A stretch of 64,000 bases of DNA from Acidimicrobiaceae bacterium (GCA_027314705.1 DAHVAJ010000109.1:45562-109561), one strand, 5' to 3'; positions 43,347-51,852 are shown, counted from the first letter of the stretch. Numbers and translations are program-made. The notes: generated by a model from the sequence alone, not told the origin.

Positions 43347-43910
43347 ATGCCCGTCTGGCTGACCGAGGACGAGTACCGGGTCCTGGCCGCCGCCTGCGAC
43401 CGGCTGATCCCGGCCACGGCCGAGGGCCCCGGCGCCGTCGCCGCCGGCGTGCCCGACTACGTCGACGGGCTGCTCGGGGCGTTCCTCGTCGACCCGCCCC
43501 GCATCTGGGCCGGTGGCCCGACGTCCGGCCGCCGGGGCGGGGACGCGGCCTTCACCCGCTTCCATTCGCTCTCGGCCCTGGACGAGCTGGCCTGGCGCAT
43601 GCGCATCGAGGGCTCGGCCGGGCACGCCGAGCGCGAGTTCAACGGCCCGGTGGTCGGCCTCCAGGAGCAGGTGCGCACCGGGCTGGCCGGCCTGGGCGCC
43701 GACTTCGCCGCCGCCCCCGCCGCCGAGCAGGACGCCCGCCTGCGGGCCGACCCCGCCTTCACCGAGGTGCTCTACCGGCACGCCTGCGAGGGCATGTACG
43801 GCGCGCCCGAGTACGGCGGCAACCGCGAGGGTGTCGGCTGGCGGGCCATCGGCTTCGAGGGCGACGTCCAGCCCCGGGGGTGGACCGACGACGAGGTGAC
43901 CGCGCCGTGA
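43347..43910 (+). CDS. Gluconate 2-dehydrogenase subunit 3-like small subunit (partner of GMC flavoprotein), no Tat signal
   Basis: 187 aa. LTEDEYRVLAAACDRLIP N-terminus and YGGNREGVGW C-terminal block are typical of the family. Its stop overlaps the GMC GTG (GTGA). Confidence 0.7.
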   Translation: MPVWLTEDEYRVLAAACDRLIPATAEGPGAVAAGVPDYVDGLLGAFLVDPPRIWAGGPTSGRRGGDAAFTRFHSLSALDELAWRMRIEGSAGHAEREFNGPVVGLQEQVRTGLAGLGADFAAAPAAEQDARLRADPAFTEVLYRHACEGMYGAPEYGGNREGVGWRAIGFEGDVQPRGWTDDEVTAP

Positions 43911-45598
43911 CGGTCGACGCCGTGATCGTGGGCTCCGGGCCCGGCGGGTCGACGGCGGCCGACGTCCTCACCGCGGCGGGCTGGTCGGTCGTCATCGTCG
44001 AGAAGGGCCGCAACCACCTCCTCGACCCGGACGACCTCACCCGGCCGGCCGCCGACTTCTCGAACGACGAGCTCAAGTTCCGCGCCCGGCACTTCCTCGG
44101 CCCGGATCCGCTGGTCGAGCCCCGCACCTTCCGCCGGTCCGAGGCGGACGGTGACCGGACCGTGGTCGGCGAGGTCAACTCGGTCCCCTCGACGGTGGGC
44201 GGCGGCGGGACCCACGCCGACGGCAAGGTGCCCCGGTTCCGGCCCGACGACTTCCGGCTCCTCGACCTCCTCGGGCCGCAACCCGGCGCCGAGGTGGCCG
44301 ACTGGCCCGTCGGCTACGACGAGCTCGAGCCGTACTACACCGAGGCAGAGTGGTCGGTCGGGGTGGCCGGTGCGGCCGGGGCCAACCCCTTCGCCGGTCC
44401 CCGGTCGGCCCCCTATCCCATGCCCCCGGGGCCGCCCATGTACGGGGCGACCCTCTCGGCCGCCGCCGCCGAGCGCCTCGGCTACCACCCGTACCCGGCC
44501 CCCACGGCGGCCAACAGCGTCCCCTACGACGGCCGGCCGGCCTGCAACAACTGCGGGTTCTGCTCGTTCTTCGGCTGCCCCATCCACGCCAAGGGCGACC
44601 CGGTGGCCCTGCTGCGCCGGGCCCTGGGCTCGGGCCGGGCCGAGCTGTGGCCCGAGAGCTTCGTGTCGCGGATCCGCGTGTCGGGCCGGCGCGCCACCGG
44701 GGTCGACGTCGTGGGCCCCGACGGCACCACGCGCTCGGTCGGGGCCCGGCACGTGATCGTGGCCGCCGGGGCCGTCGAGACGCCTCGCCTCCTCCTCCTG
44801 TCCGACCTCGACCACCCGCTCCTCGGTCGCTACCTCATGTGCCACTTCCAGACCCTGGCCGCCGGGTCGCTGCCGGTGCGCACCTATGCCGAGCGGGGCC
44901 GGGCCGTGACCCACGTCCACGACGACATGATCGTGGGGGACGCGGCGGCCCGGACGGCCGCCGCCGGTGCCGGGCTCCCCTGGCTGCGGGGCGGCATGGT
45001 CGAGCACGCCGGCGCCGCACTCCCGGTCCTCGAGGCCCAGCACTACCCGTGGGGTCCGGCCCACCCCCGGCTCATGGCCGACTCGCCCATCCGGGCCCGC
45101 CTGTGGGCCTTCATCATGCAGGGGGAGGACCTGCCCTACGCCCACAACCGGGTCGACCTCGACCCGAGCGTGCGGGACGCCCGGGGGTTCCCGGTGGCCC
45201 GGGTGACCTACCGGCCCGGTCCCCACGAGCTGGTGGCCTCCGAGCACTACGGACCGCGGCTGGCGGCCATCCTCACCGAGATGGGGGCCGAGTGGACGTC
45301 GGTGTCGACCTCGCCGGGCCGGGGCAACGCCTCGTCGCCGGCCGCGGTCCCCGAGAGCCGGCACAACATGGGCACGGTGCGGATGGGGACCGATCCGGCC
45401 ACGTCGGTGGCCGATCCGACCGGCCACCTCCACGGGGTGGACAACGTGGTGGTGGCCGACTCCTCGGTCTTCGTGACCTCGGCCGGCTACGGCCCCACGC
45501 TCACCCTGGTGGCCCTGGCCGCCCGGGCCGCCCACCTGCTGGCCGGCACCGGCCCGCCCGACCCCGCCCCCGCGAGGGTCAGCCCCGCCCCCGGGTGA
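43907..45598 (+). CDS. GMC family FAD-dependent oxidoreductase
   Basis: 563 aa from GTG 43907. Motifs: DAVIVGSGPGGSTAA, CNNCGFCSFFGCP, HNMGTVRMG, VDNVVVADSSVF. Confidence 0.9.
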   Translation: MTVDAVIVGSGPGGSTAADVLTAAGWSVVIVEKGRNHLLDPDDLTRPAADFSNDELKFRARHFLGPDPLVEPRTFRRSEADGDRTVVGEVNSVPSTVGGGGTHADGKVPRFRPDDFRLLDLLGPQPGAEVADWPVGYDELEPYYTEAEWSVGVAGAAGANPFAGPRSAPYPMPPGPPMYGATLSAAAAERLGYHPYPAPTAANSVPYDGRPACNNCGFCSFFGCPIHAKGDPVALLRRALGSGRAELWPESFVSRIRVSGRRATGVDVVGPDGTTRSVGARHVIVAAGAVETPRLLLLSDLDHPLLGRYLMCHFQTLAAGSLPVRTYAERGRAVTHVHDDMIVGDAAARTAAAGAGLPWLRGGMVEHAGAALPVLEAQHYPWGPAHPRLMADSPIRARLWAFIMQGEDLPYAHNRVDLDPSVRDARGFPVARVTYRPGPHELVASEHYGPRLAAILTEMGAEWTSVSTSPGRGNASSPAAVPESRHNMGTVRMGTDPATSVADPTGHLHGVDNVVVADSSVFVTSAGYGPTLTLVALAARAAHLLAGTGPPDPAPARVSPAPG

Positions 45599-46814
45599 GG
45601 AGGAGCGCACCGGCGATGGGTCCGCCGCCGTTGCTGACGGCGGCCACCTCGGGCGGCCCGCCCCGGCGGACGACCTGACGGGCCCCCCCGTCGCCGCGGA
45701 GCTGCACGCAGGCCTCGTGGATCAGCCCGAACCCGTGGAGCCGGCCGCCGGAGAGCTGGCCGCCGGCGGTGTTGAGGGGGAGCGACCCGGTGCGGGCGAT
45801 GGCCGTCCCGTCGGCCACGAAGGGACCGCTCTCGCCGCGGCCGCAGAAGCGGAGCGCCTCCAGCCAGACCAGGGCGAGGACGGAGAACCCGTCGTAGAGC
45901 TGGGCCACGTCGACGTCGGCCGGACGGAGGTCGGTCCGCTCCCACATCGCCGCCGCCGCGTCCCGGGCGGCCATGGTCGTCAGGTCGTCGAACTGGTCCC
46001 AGCTGGGTCGGCCCCGCAGGGCGGTCCCCACCGCCTGGACGTGGCAGGCCGTCCGGGGGGCGTCGGGGGCGTAGTCGCGGTGGGAGACGACGAACGCGGT
46101 CGAGCCGTCGGCCGGGGCGTCGCAGTCGAAGAGGCAGAGCGGCGTCGAGATCATGCGCGACCCCAGGTACGCGTCGAGGGTGAGGGGGTCACGGAAGACG
46201 GCCGCCGGGTTTTCGGCGGCGTTGCGCCGGGCGTTGAGGGCGATCTGGGCCAGCTGGTCGCGGGTCAGGCCGAACTCGTGCATGCGCCGCTGGGCCACCA
46301 GGGCGATCCAGTTGACGGCGGAGACGGCCCCGAAGGGGAGCATCCACTGGAGGAACCCGGAGAAGCGGGGGACGCCGCCGCCACCGTCGCCACCGCCGTC
46401 GCCGCCGATGCCCTGGCGTCCCCCCCCGCCCTGGGCGGTGGCCTCGGTGACGGTGCGGTAGACGAGGACGTGGCGGGCCAGGCCGGCGCCGACGGCCAGA
46501 CAGGCGGCGATGAGGGCCCGCATCTGGCCCGGACCCTCGCCGCCCCCGTCGTGCCAGTTGAGGCGGAGACGGAGGGCGTCGTGGACCTCGGGACCGGTCG
46601 GTCCGGCGAAGCCCGGGGTGCCCACCCCCATCCCGGGGTAGGTGGCCAGCCCGTCGATGTCGTCCCGGGTGAGCCCGGCGTCGGCCACGGCGGCCAGGCA
46701 GGCCTCGACGGTGAGGTCGAGGCCGGACCGGCCGAGGCGGCGGCCCACGGCCGACTGTCCGATGCCGGTGATGGCCGCCCGACGCTCGAGGGGCTCCTCG
46801 GCCGGGGGGCTCAC
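45579..46814 (-). CDS. Ltp/SCP-x-type thiolase-fold protein without the canonical nucleophilic Cys
   Basis: 411 aa. GTG 46812-46814 overlaps the DUF35 stop (GTGA). Motifs: AAITGIGQSAVGRR, LCLFDCDAPADGSTAFVV, NTAGGQLSGGRLHGFGLIHEACVQLRG. Carries a Gly/Asp-rich insert, QGGGGRQGIGGDGGGDGGGG. Confidence 0.85.
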   Translation of the reverse strand: MSPPAEEPLERRAAITGIGQSAVGRRLGRSGLDLTVEACLAAVADAGLTRDDIDGLATYPGMGVGTPGFAGPTGPEVHDALRLRLNWHDGGGEGPGQMRALIAACLAVGAGLARHVLVYRTVTEATAQGGGGRQGIGGDGGGDGGGGVPRFSGFLQWMLPFGAVSAVNWIALVAQRRMHEFGLTRDQLAQIALNARRNAAENPAAVFRDPLTLDAYLGSRMISTPLCLFDCDAPADGSTAFVVSHRDYAPDAPRTACHVQAVGTALRGRPSWDQFDDLTTMAARDAAAAMWERTDLRPADVDVAQLYDGFSVLALVWLEALRFCGRGESGPFVADGTAIARTGSLPLNTAGGQLSGGRLHGFGLIHEACVQLRGDGGARQVVRRGGPPEVAAVSNGGGPIAGALLLTRGRG

Positions 46815-47236
46815 GGCGCGGTCCGCTCGGCGGGGCGGAAGAGGGGCAGGAAGACGCCGTCGTGCTCGTCGAAGACGACCTCGACGGCCATGCCCGTGGC
46901 GACGTCCTCGGCCTCGACGTCGACCAGGTTGGTGGTGAGCCGGACGCTCGGCTGCTCGTCGATTTCCACCAGGGCGATCAGATAGGGCTCGCTGCCGGGG
47001 ATCCACCCGTGGACGTTCACGGTGTGGGCCACCACCCGGCCCCGGCCGCTCACCGGCTCGGGGGCGAGCCCCGCGGCCAGGCACTCGGGGCAGCGCGGGG
47101 CGGGCGGGTGGACGTAGGCGCGGCACGCCGGGCAGCGCAGGAAGCGCAGGCGCCCGTCGGCCCCGCTCGTCCAGAAGAAGCGATTGTCGTCGTCGAGCGC
47201 GGGCAGGAGCCGCAACGCCGGTCCGCGGGCGGTCAC
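46811..47236 (-). CDS. DUF35 protein (rubredoxin-like Zn ribbon + OB fold)
   Basis: 141 aa. GTG 47234-47236 overlaps the upstream stop. Motifs: NRFFWTSGADGRLRFLRCPACRAYVHPPAPRCPECL (CxxC...CxxC), then GRGRVVAHTV...ALVEIDEQPSVRLTTNL. Confidence 0.85.
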   Translation of the reverse strand: MTARGPALRLLPALDDDNRFFWTSGADGRLRFLRCPACRAYVHPPAPRCPECLAAGLAPEPVSGRGRVVAHTVNVHGWIPGSEPYLIALVEIDEQPSVRLTTNLVDVEAEDVATGMAVEVVFDEHDGVFLPLFRPAERTAP

Positions 47237-48219
47237 CGGCGCTCCAGGACGCCGGGGTTCACGCAGTGGAGGGGCCGGGCCCCGGCCAGCAGCCGGCAGA
47301 GGTCCTCGGCGATGATCCGGGTGTGGTGGACCTCGGTGTCGTAGGTGGCCCCACCGATGTGGGGGGCGAGCACGACCGAGTCGAACGTGGTGAGGGGGTG
47401 GTCGGCCGGGAGCTGCTCGCCCTCGAAGTGGTCGAGGCCGACCGCGGCCACCTTCCCCGAACGGACGGCCTCGACCAGGGCGTCGGTGTCGTGGAGGGCG
47501 GCGCGGGCCGAGTTGAGGAAGACCACGCCGTCGCGCATGGCGGCGAACTGCGCGGCCCCGATCATGCCGGTGGTCTCCGGGGTCACGGCGGCGTGCAGGG
47601 AGACCACGTCGGACCGGGCCAGCAGCTCGTCGAGGGGCACGGAGGCCTCGCCGGCGTAGGGGTCGTGGACGATGACCTCGAGGCCGAGGCCCCGCAGGCG
47701 CCAGCGCAGCGCCCGCCCGACGGCGCCCAGCCCGACCAGCCCGACCGTCCGCCCGGCCAGCTCCCAGGCCCGGAACCGCTGGTACGGGATCGTGCCGTCC
47801 TTGTAGATCTCGCCCCGACGGACGTCGGCGTCGGCGGCCACCAGCCGGCGGGTGGCGGCGACGAGGAGGCCGACGGTGAGCTCGGCCACGGCGTCGGCGT
47901 TGCGTCCCGGGGCCCGCAGGACCGGCACGCCGGCCGCCGTGGCCGCGGCCACGTCCACGTTGGTGGGGTCGCCCCGGCAGCTGCCCACGGCCACCAGGGG
48001 GAGCTCGAAGAGCGGGCCGGCGCACCGGTCCGACTCGACGACGGCGATGGTGGCCCCCTCGGCCCGCATCCGCTCGGCCAGCTGCTCGGCGTCGTAGATG
48101 CGCAGGGTGGGCTGGTCGAGCCAGGAGTCGAGGGTGAGGTCGGCCAGCTCGCCGAGGAGGTCGAGTCCGGGGCCGCGCACGGCCGCCGTCACGAGGGCCC
48201 TGGGCCGTGCTGTCGCCAT
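47233..48219 (-). CDS. D-isomer-specific 2-hydroxyacid dehydrogenase family protein
   Basis: 328 aa from ATG 48217-48219, with GAGGAGG upstream. Motifs: GRTVGLVGLGAVGRAL (NAD site), SLHAAVTPETTGMI, VLAPHIGGAT. Confidence 0.88.
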   Translation of the reverse strand: MATARPRALVTAAVRGPGLDLLGELADLTLDSWLDQPTLRIYDAEQLAERMRAEGATIAVVESDRCAGPLFELPLVAVGSCRGDPTNVDVAAATAAGVPVLRAPGRNADAVAELTVGLLVAATRRLVAADADVRRGEIYKDGTIPYQRFRAWELAGRTVGLVGLGAVGRALRWRLRGLGLEVIVHDPYAGEASVPLDELLARSDVVSLHAAVTPETTGMIGAAQFAAMRDGVVFLNSARAALHDTDALVEAVRSGKVAAVGLDHFEGEQLPADHPLTTFDSVVLAPHIGGATYDTEVHHTRIIAEDLCRLLAGARPLHCVNPGVLERR

Positions 48220-48242
48220 CTCGGGCCTCCTCGTCACGCGGC

Positions 48243-48272
48243 GGACGGCCGGAGGGTAGCACCCGGCCGTCC
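48243..48272. promoter_or_regulatory. 10-bp perfect inverted repeat GGACGGCCGG-N10-CCGGCCGTCC in a divergent intergenic region
   Basis: Arms are exact complements. The loop agggtagcac contains TACCCT on the minus strand, about 34 nt upstream of the 2-hydroxyacid dehydrogenase ATG. Confidence 0.45.
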
Positions 48273-48320
48273 GGCCGATCGGGTCCATACTGGGGCGGTG
48301 CGCGGGGGGACGGTGTGGCC

Positions 48321-48360
48321 GGCGGGGCCGGGATGACCGGGGCGGGGCCGGGATGACCGG
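48321..48360 (+). repeat. Perfect 20-bp tandem duplication (GGCGGGGCCGGGATGACCGG x2) spanning the FGGY kinase start
   Basis: 48321-48340 and 48341-48360 are identical, and each copy carries an ATG. Confidence 0.95.
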
Positions 48361-49747
48361 CGCGGCGCCCGGGGAGTGCACGGTCGGGGTCGACGTGGGC
48401 ACGACGGCCGTGAAGGCGGTGGCCGTCGACCCGGGCGGGCGCGTGGTGGCCCGGTGCCGGGTGGCCCACCGGGTGGTCACCCCGTCGCCCGACCGCCTGG
48501 AGCACGATGCCGGCCGGGCCTGGCGCCGCGGCCCGCGGCGGGCCCTGGCCGAGGTGACGGACGCCCTGGGCGGGGCCCCGGCCGGCGTGGTGGTCACCTC
48601 CCTGGTCCCCTCGATGACGGCCGTCGACCGGCGCGGCGTGCCCCGCCTCCCCGGCCTCCTCTACGGCGACGGCCGGGCCCGGGCGGGCGCCCCGGCGGCC
48701 CGGCCCCACGATCACGGGGGCGAGGCCACAGAAGGGGCCCGCCTGCTGGCCTGGGCCGCGGCCGAAGCGCCCGGTGCCGCCGGGTACTGGCCGTGCCAGG
48801 CGACGGCCACCCACGCCCTCTCGGGGGTGGCCGCCCTCGACTCGGCCGGGGCCGCCGCCTTCGGGGCCCTGGCGGCCGGCGGGCGCTGGGACCGCGGCGC
48901 CCTGGCCGCCCTCGGCGTCGACGAGGGCCAGCTCCCGCGCCTGGTGGCCCTGGGCCGGCCGGCCGGGACCGTGCCGGGGTCGGGTACGGCCGTCGGCGGG
49001 GGCTCGGTCGACGCCTTCTGCGAGCAGATCGTCTCCGGGGCCGACCGGCCCGGGGACGTGCTCGTCATCTTCGGGGCCACCCTGGTGGTGTGGGTGGTCA
49101 CCGACACGTGGGTCGAGGTGCCCGGGCTGACGACCTACCCGGGTTCGGCGCCGGGCACCGTGCTCGTCGGGGGGCCGAGCAACGCCGGGGCCCTCTTCGC
49201 CGACTGGGCCCGCGCCCTGGTGGCCGGGCCCTCCCGCCGCCGGGGCGCCGCCGCCGGCGGCCCCGAGCCGGCCCGGGTCGGCGATCCGGCCCGGGTGCCG
49301 GTGTGGCTCCCCTACCTGCGGGGCGAGCGCACGCCGTTCCACGACCCGCGCCTTCGGGCCAGCCTCCACGGGCTCGACATCACCCACGGCCCCGAGGACC
49401 TGCTCCGGGCGGCCGACGAGGCCAGCGGCTTCGTCATCCGCCGCCTGGTGGAGCGGTCGGGCGTGGCCGCCCGCCGGGTGGTGGCCACCGGCGGCGGTAC
49501 CCGCCGGTGGGCCTGGATGCAGGCCGTGGCCGATGCCACCGGGCTCCCGGTGGACACCGTCGCCGTCCCCGAGGGGGCCGCCCTCGGGGCCGCCTTCCTG
49601 GCCCGACTGGTGGCCGGCCTCGAGTCCGAGTTCGGGGCGGCCGGGGCCTGGGCCGGGACCGGCGGGCGGATCGAGCCCGACCCGGTGTGGGCCCGCCGGG
49701 CCGCCGAGCGCTTCGCCCGGTTCGAGCGGCTCGGCCCCACCGGGTGA
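48353..49747 (+). CDS. FGGY family carbohydrate kinase (xylulokinase/glycerol-kinase-like)
   Basis: 464 aa. Motifs: VGVDVGTTAVKAVAVD, LPYLRGERTPFHDP, VATGGGTR. The start lies in the second copy of a 20-bp tandem repeat. Confidence 0.85.
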   Translation: MTGAAPGECTVGVDVGTTAVKAVAVDPGGRVVARCRVAHRVVTPSPDRLEHDAGRAWRRGPRRALAEVTDALGGAPAGVVVTSLVPSMTAVDRRGVPRLPGLLYGDGRARAGAPAARPHDHGGEATEGARLLAWAAAEAPGAAGYWPCQATATHALSGVAALDSAGAAAFGALAAGGRWDRGALAALGVDEGQLPRLVALGRPAGTVPGSGTAVGGGSVDAFCEQIVSGADRPGDVLVIFGATLVVWVVTDTWVEVPGLTTYPGSAPGTVLVGGPSNAGALFADWARALVAGPSRRRGAAAGGPEPARVGDPARVPVWLPYLRGERTPFHDPRLRASLHGLDITHGPEDLLRAADEASGFVIRRLVERSGVAARRVVATGGGTRRWAWMQAVADATGLPVDTVAVPEGAALGAAFLARLVAGLESEFGAAGAWAGTGGRIEPDPVWARRAAERFARFERLGPTG

Positions 49748-49780
49748 CCGCCCCCTCGGACCGGGGCCGGGGGGTGCGGC

Positions 49781-51022
49781 TCAGGTCCCGTTGGGGGTGA
49801 AGGCCGCCTTCAGGACGCCGCTCCGTTCGGGCCGGGCCAGGGCGCACAGCGCCTCCCACCAGTCCTCGAGGGGGAACCGGTGGGTCACCATGGCGGCGAG
49901 GTCGATGCGACCGTCCCCGACCAGGTCGAGGTAGTGGTCGATGGCGTGGCGGCGCCGGCCCTCGAACAGCTCGGTGGCGAAGGCGTTGGAGCCCACCACG
50001 GTGAGCTCCTTGAAGTAGACGGGGGTCCACTCCCACCGGCCGGGCACGGCCACACCGGTGTAGACCAGGCGACCGCGCTCGGCCAGGACCCGCACCCCCA
50101 CCTCGAAGGTCTCGCCCTTGCCCACGGTGTCGTAGACCACGTCGACCCCGCCGGGCTGGGTCATGGGCAGGCCGGCGTGGGCCCGGTGGAGCACGCCCCC
50201 CGACCAGCCGGCCAGCGCCTCGACGAGGGCGAGGCGCGGCTCGTGGTCGAGGACGAGGGCCGCGCCGTAGCGGCGGGCCATGGCCGCCTGGGCCGGGAAC
50301 CGGGCCACCACGGCCACCTCCACCCCGGGATGGAGGCTCCGCAGGATGGCCACGCTGGCCAGCCCGAGGGCCCCCGCCCCGTAGACGACGGCCCGTCCGG
50401 AGGCCGGTGGCGGGTGGCGGACCACGGCGTGGAAGGCGACCGAGAACGGGTCGGCCAGCACGGCGGCCTCGTCGGAGATCCGATCGGGGACGGGATGGAG
50501 CATGGAGCAGTGGGCGGCCAGCAGCTCGGCCCAGGCCCCCGGGGCACCGGTGACCACCCCGATGTGCACGCCCGGGCCGAGGTCACCGGTGGTGAACGAC
50601 CAGCAGAGGTTGACGTCGCCCCGGGCACACGGCGGGCAGAGGGGCGTGACCCCCCGTGGGGCGCACGAGAGCCACGGGTTGAGCACGACCCGCTGGCCGA
50701 CCTCGAGGCCGCGGGCCGCCGGGCCGAGGGCGGCCACCTCGGCCACCACTTCGTGCCCGGGGACGTGGGGCAGTGACGAGAAGGCGGCCATGGGGTTGTC
50801 GACGTCGCCGTCCTCGAAGTCGCCGAGGACGAGCTTGGCGTCGGAGCCGCAGACGCCCGAGAGGATCGGTCGGGTCACCACCCAGTCGGGCCGGACCGGC
50901 CGGGCGTCGTCCACCTCGTGGAGCCCGAAGGGGAGCGCGGCCAGCCGGGCCTCCAGGTCGTCGGTCGGGACGGGCCGCACGTCGGTGGGATCGGGCCGGG
51001 CCCCGAAGAGCAGCGCCTTCAC
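49781..51022 (-). CDS. Zn-dependent medium-chain alcohol dehydrogenase family protein
   Basis: 413 aa. GTG 51020-51022 (VKALLFG) overlaps the SDR stop. Motifs: GVCGSDAKL, PGHEVVAEV, CPPCARGDVNLC (structural Zn), VVYGAGALGL. Confidence 0.85.
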   Translation of the reverse strand: MKALLFGARPDPTDVRPVPTDDLEARLAALPFGLHEVDDARPVRPDWVVTRPILSGVCGSDAKLVLGDFEDGDVDNPMAAFSSLPHVPGHEVVAEVAALGPAARGLEVGQRVVLNPWLSCAPRGVTPLCPPCARGDVNLCWSFTTGDLGPGVHIGVVTGAPGAWAELLAAHCSMLHPVPDRISDEAAVLADPFSVAFHAVVRHPPPASGRAVVYGAGALGLASVAILRSLHPGVEVAVVARFPAQAAMARRYGAALVLDHEPRLALVEALAGWSGGVLHRAHAGLPMTQPGGVDVVYDTVGKGETFEVGVRVLAERGRLVYTGVAVPGRWEWTPVYFKELTVVGSNAFATELFEGRRRHAIDHYLDLVGDGRIDLAAMVTHRFPLEDWWEALCALARPERSGVLKAAFTPNGT

Positions 51023-51852
51023 GAGCCGCCCCCCTCCCCGGCGTCGCGGCGCCCGTCCAGGGCGGCCATGCCCTCTAAGAAGGCGTCGATGTCGCGGTGC
51101 TTCAGGTCCACCACCGCCTTGAGGTCGGGGAGGTAGTGCTCGAAGCGGTCGCCGGCCACGGCGTCGAGGATGCCGGCCGCCACCTCCCCGGGCGGGGTGA
51201 GCGGCCCGGCGTAGTCGGCCCGGTCGTTGCCGGGCTGGTCCCAGATCTCGGTGTCGACCGGTCCGGGCAGGACCAGGCGCACGTGCACCCCGGTCCCGTG
51301 GAGGTCGGCGGCCAGGGCCTCGCTCCACCCGGCCAGGGCGAACTTGGAGGCGCTGTAGGCCGCCTCGTGGGTGATGCCGAGCCGCCCGCCGAGGCTGGAG
51401 ACGTTGACGATGACCCCCGAGCCCCGGGCCAGCAGGCGGGGGAGGAGGGCGAGGGTCAGGGCCACCGGGGAGAGGTAGTTGACGGTCATGGCCCGGCGCA
51501 CCTGGTCGAGGGTGAGGCGCTGGACCGGTCGGCGCAGGGGGATGCCGGCGTTGTTGACGAGCACGTCGACCGGGCCGAGCTCGTCCCAGACCTCCGGGCC
51601 GAGGCGGGCCGCGCCGTCGGGGTCGGCCAGGTCGGCCACCCAGGCCCGGGACCGGGGGGCCGTGGCCCGGCAGTCGGCCACCACGTCCTCCAGCCGGTCG
51701 GCGCGGCGGGCCACGGCGGCCACGGTGGCGCCCCGGGCGGCGAAGAGGCGGGCCGTGGCCGCGCCGATGCCCGAGGAGGCCCCGGTGACGAGGGCCACCG
51801 TCCCCGGCCCGACCGGGCGTCCCCGGCCCGACGGGACGGCCTCACCCACCAC
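51019..51852 (-). CDS. Short-chain dehydrogenase/reductase
   Basis: Motifs: TVALVTGASSGIGAATA, NNAG, YSASKFAL. Start placed at the GTG pair 51847-51852, overlapping the PIG-L stop. The track start 51903 is possible but would overlap more. Confidence 0.85.
   Translation of the reverse strand: MVGEAVPSGRGRPVGPGTVALVTGASSGIGAATARLFAARGATVAAVARRADRLEDVVADCRATAPRSRAWVADLADPDGAARLGPEVWDELGPVDVLVNNAGIPLRRPVQRLTLDQVRRAMTVNYLSPVALTLALLPRLLARGSGVIVNVSSLGGRLGITHEAAYSASKFALAGWSEALAADLHGTGVHVRLVLPGPVDTEIWDQPGNDRADYAGPLTPPGEVAAGILDAVAGDRFEHYLPDLKAVVDLKHRDIDAFLEGMAALDGRRDAGEGGGS

Noticed and set aside
46811-49387. 858-aa minus-strand ORF
   Set aside because: Only the last 141 aa (the DUF35 protein) are credible. 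The remainder is off-frame or antisense to the 2-hydroxyacid dehydrogenase and FGGY kinase genes.
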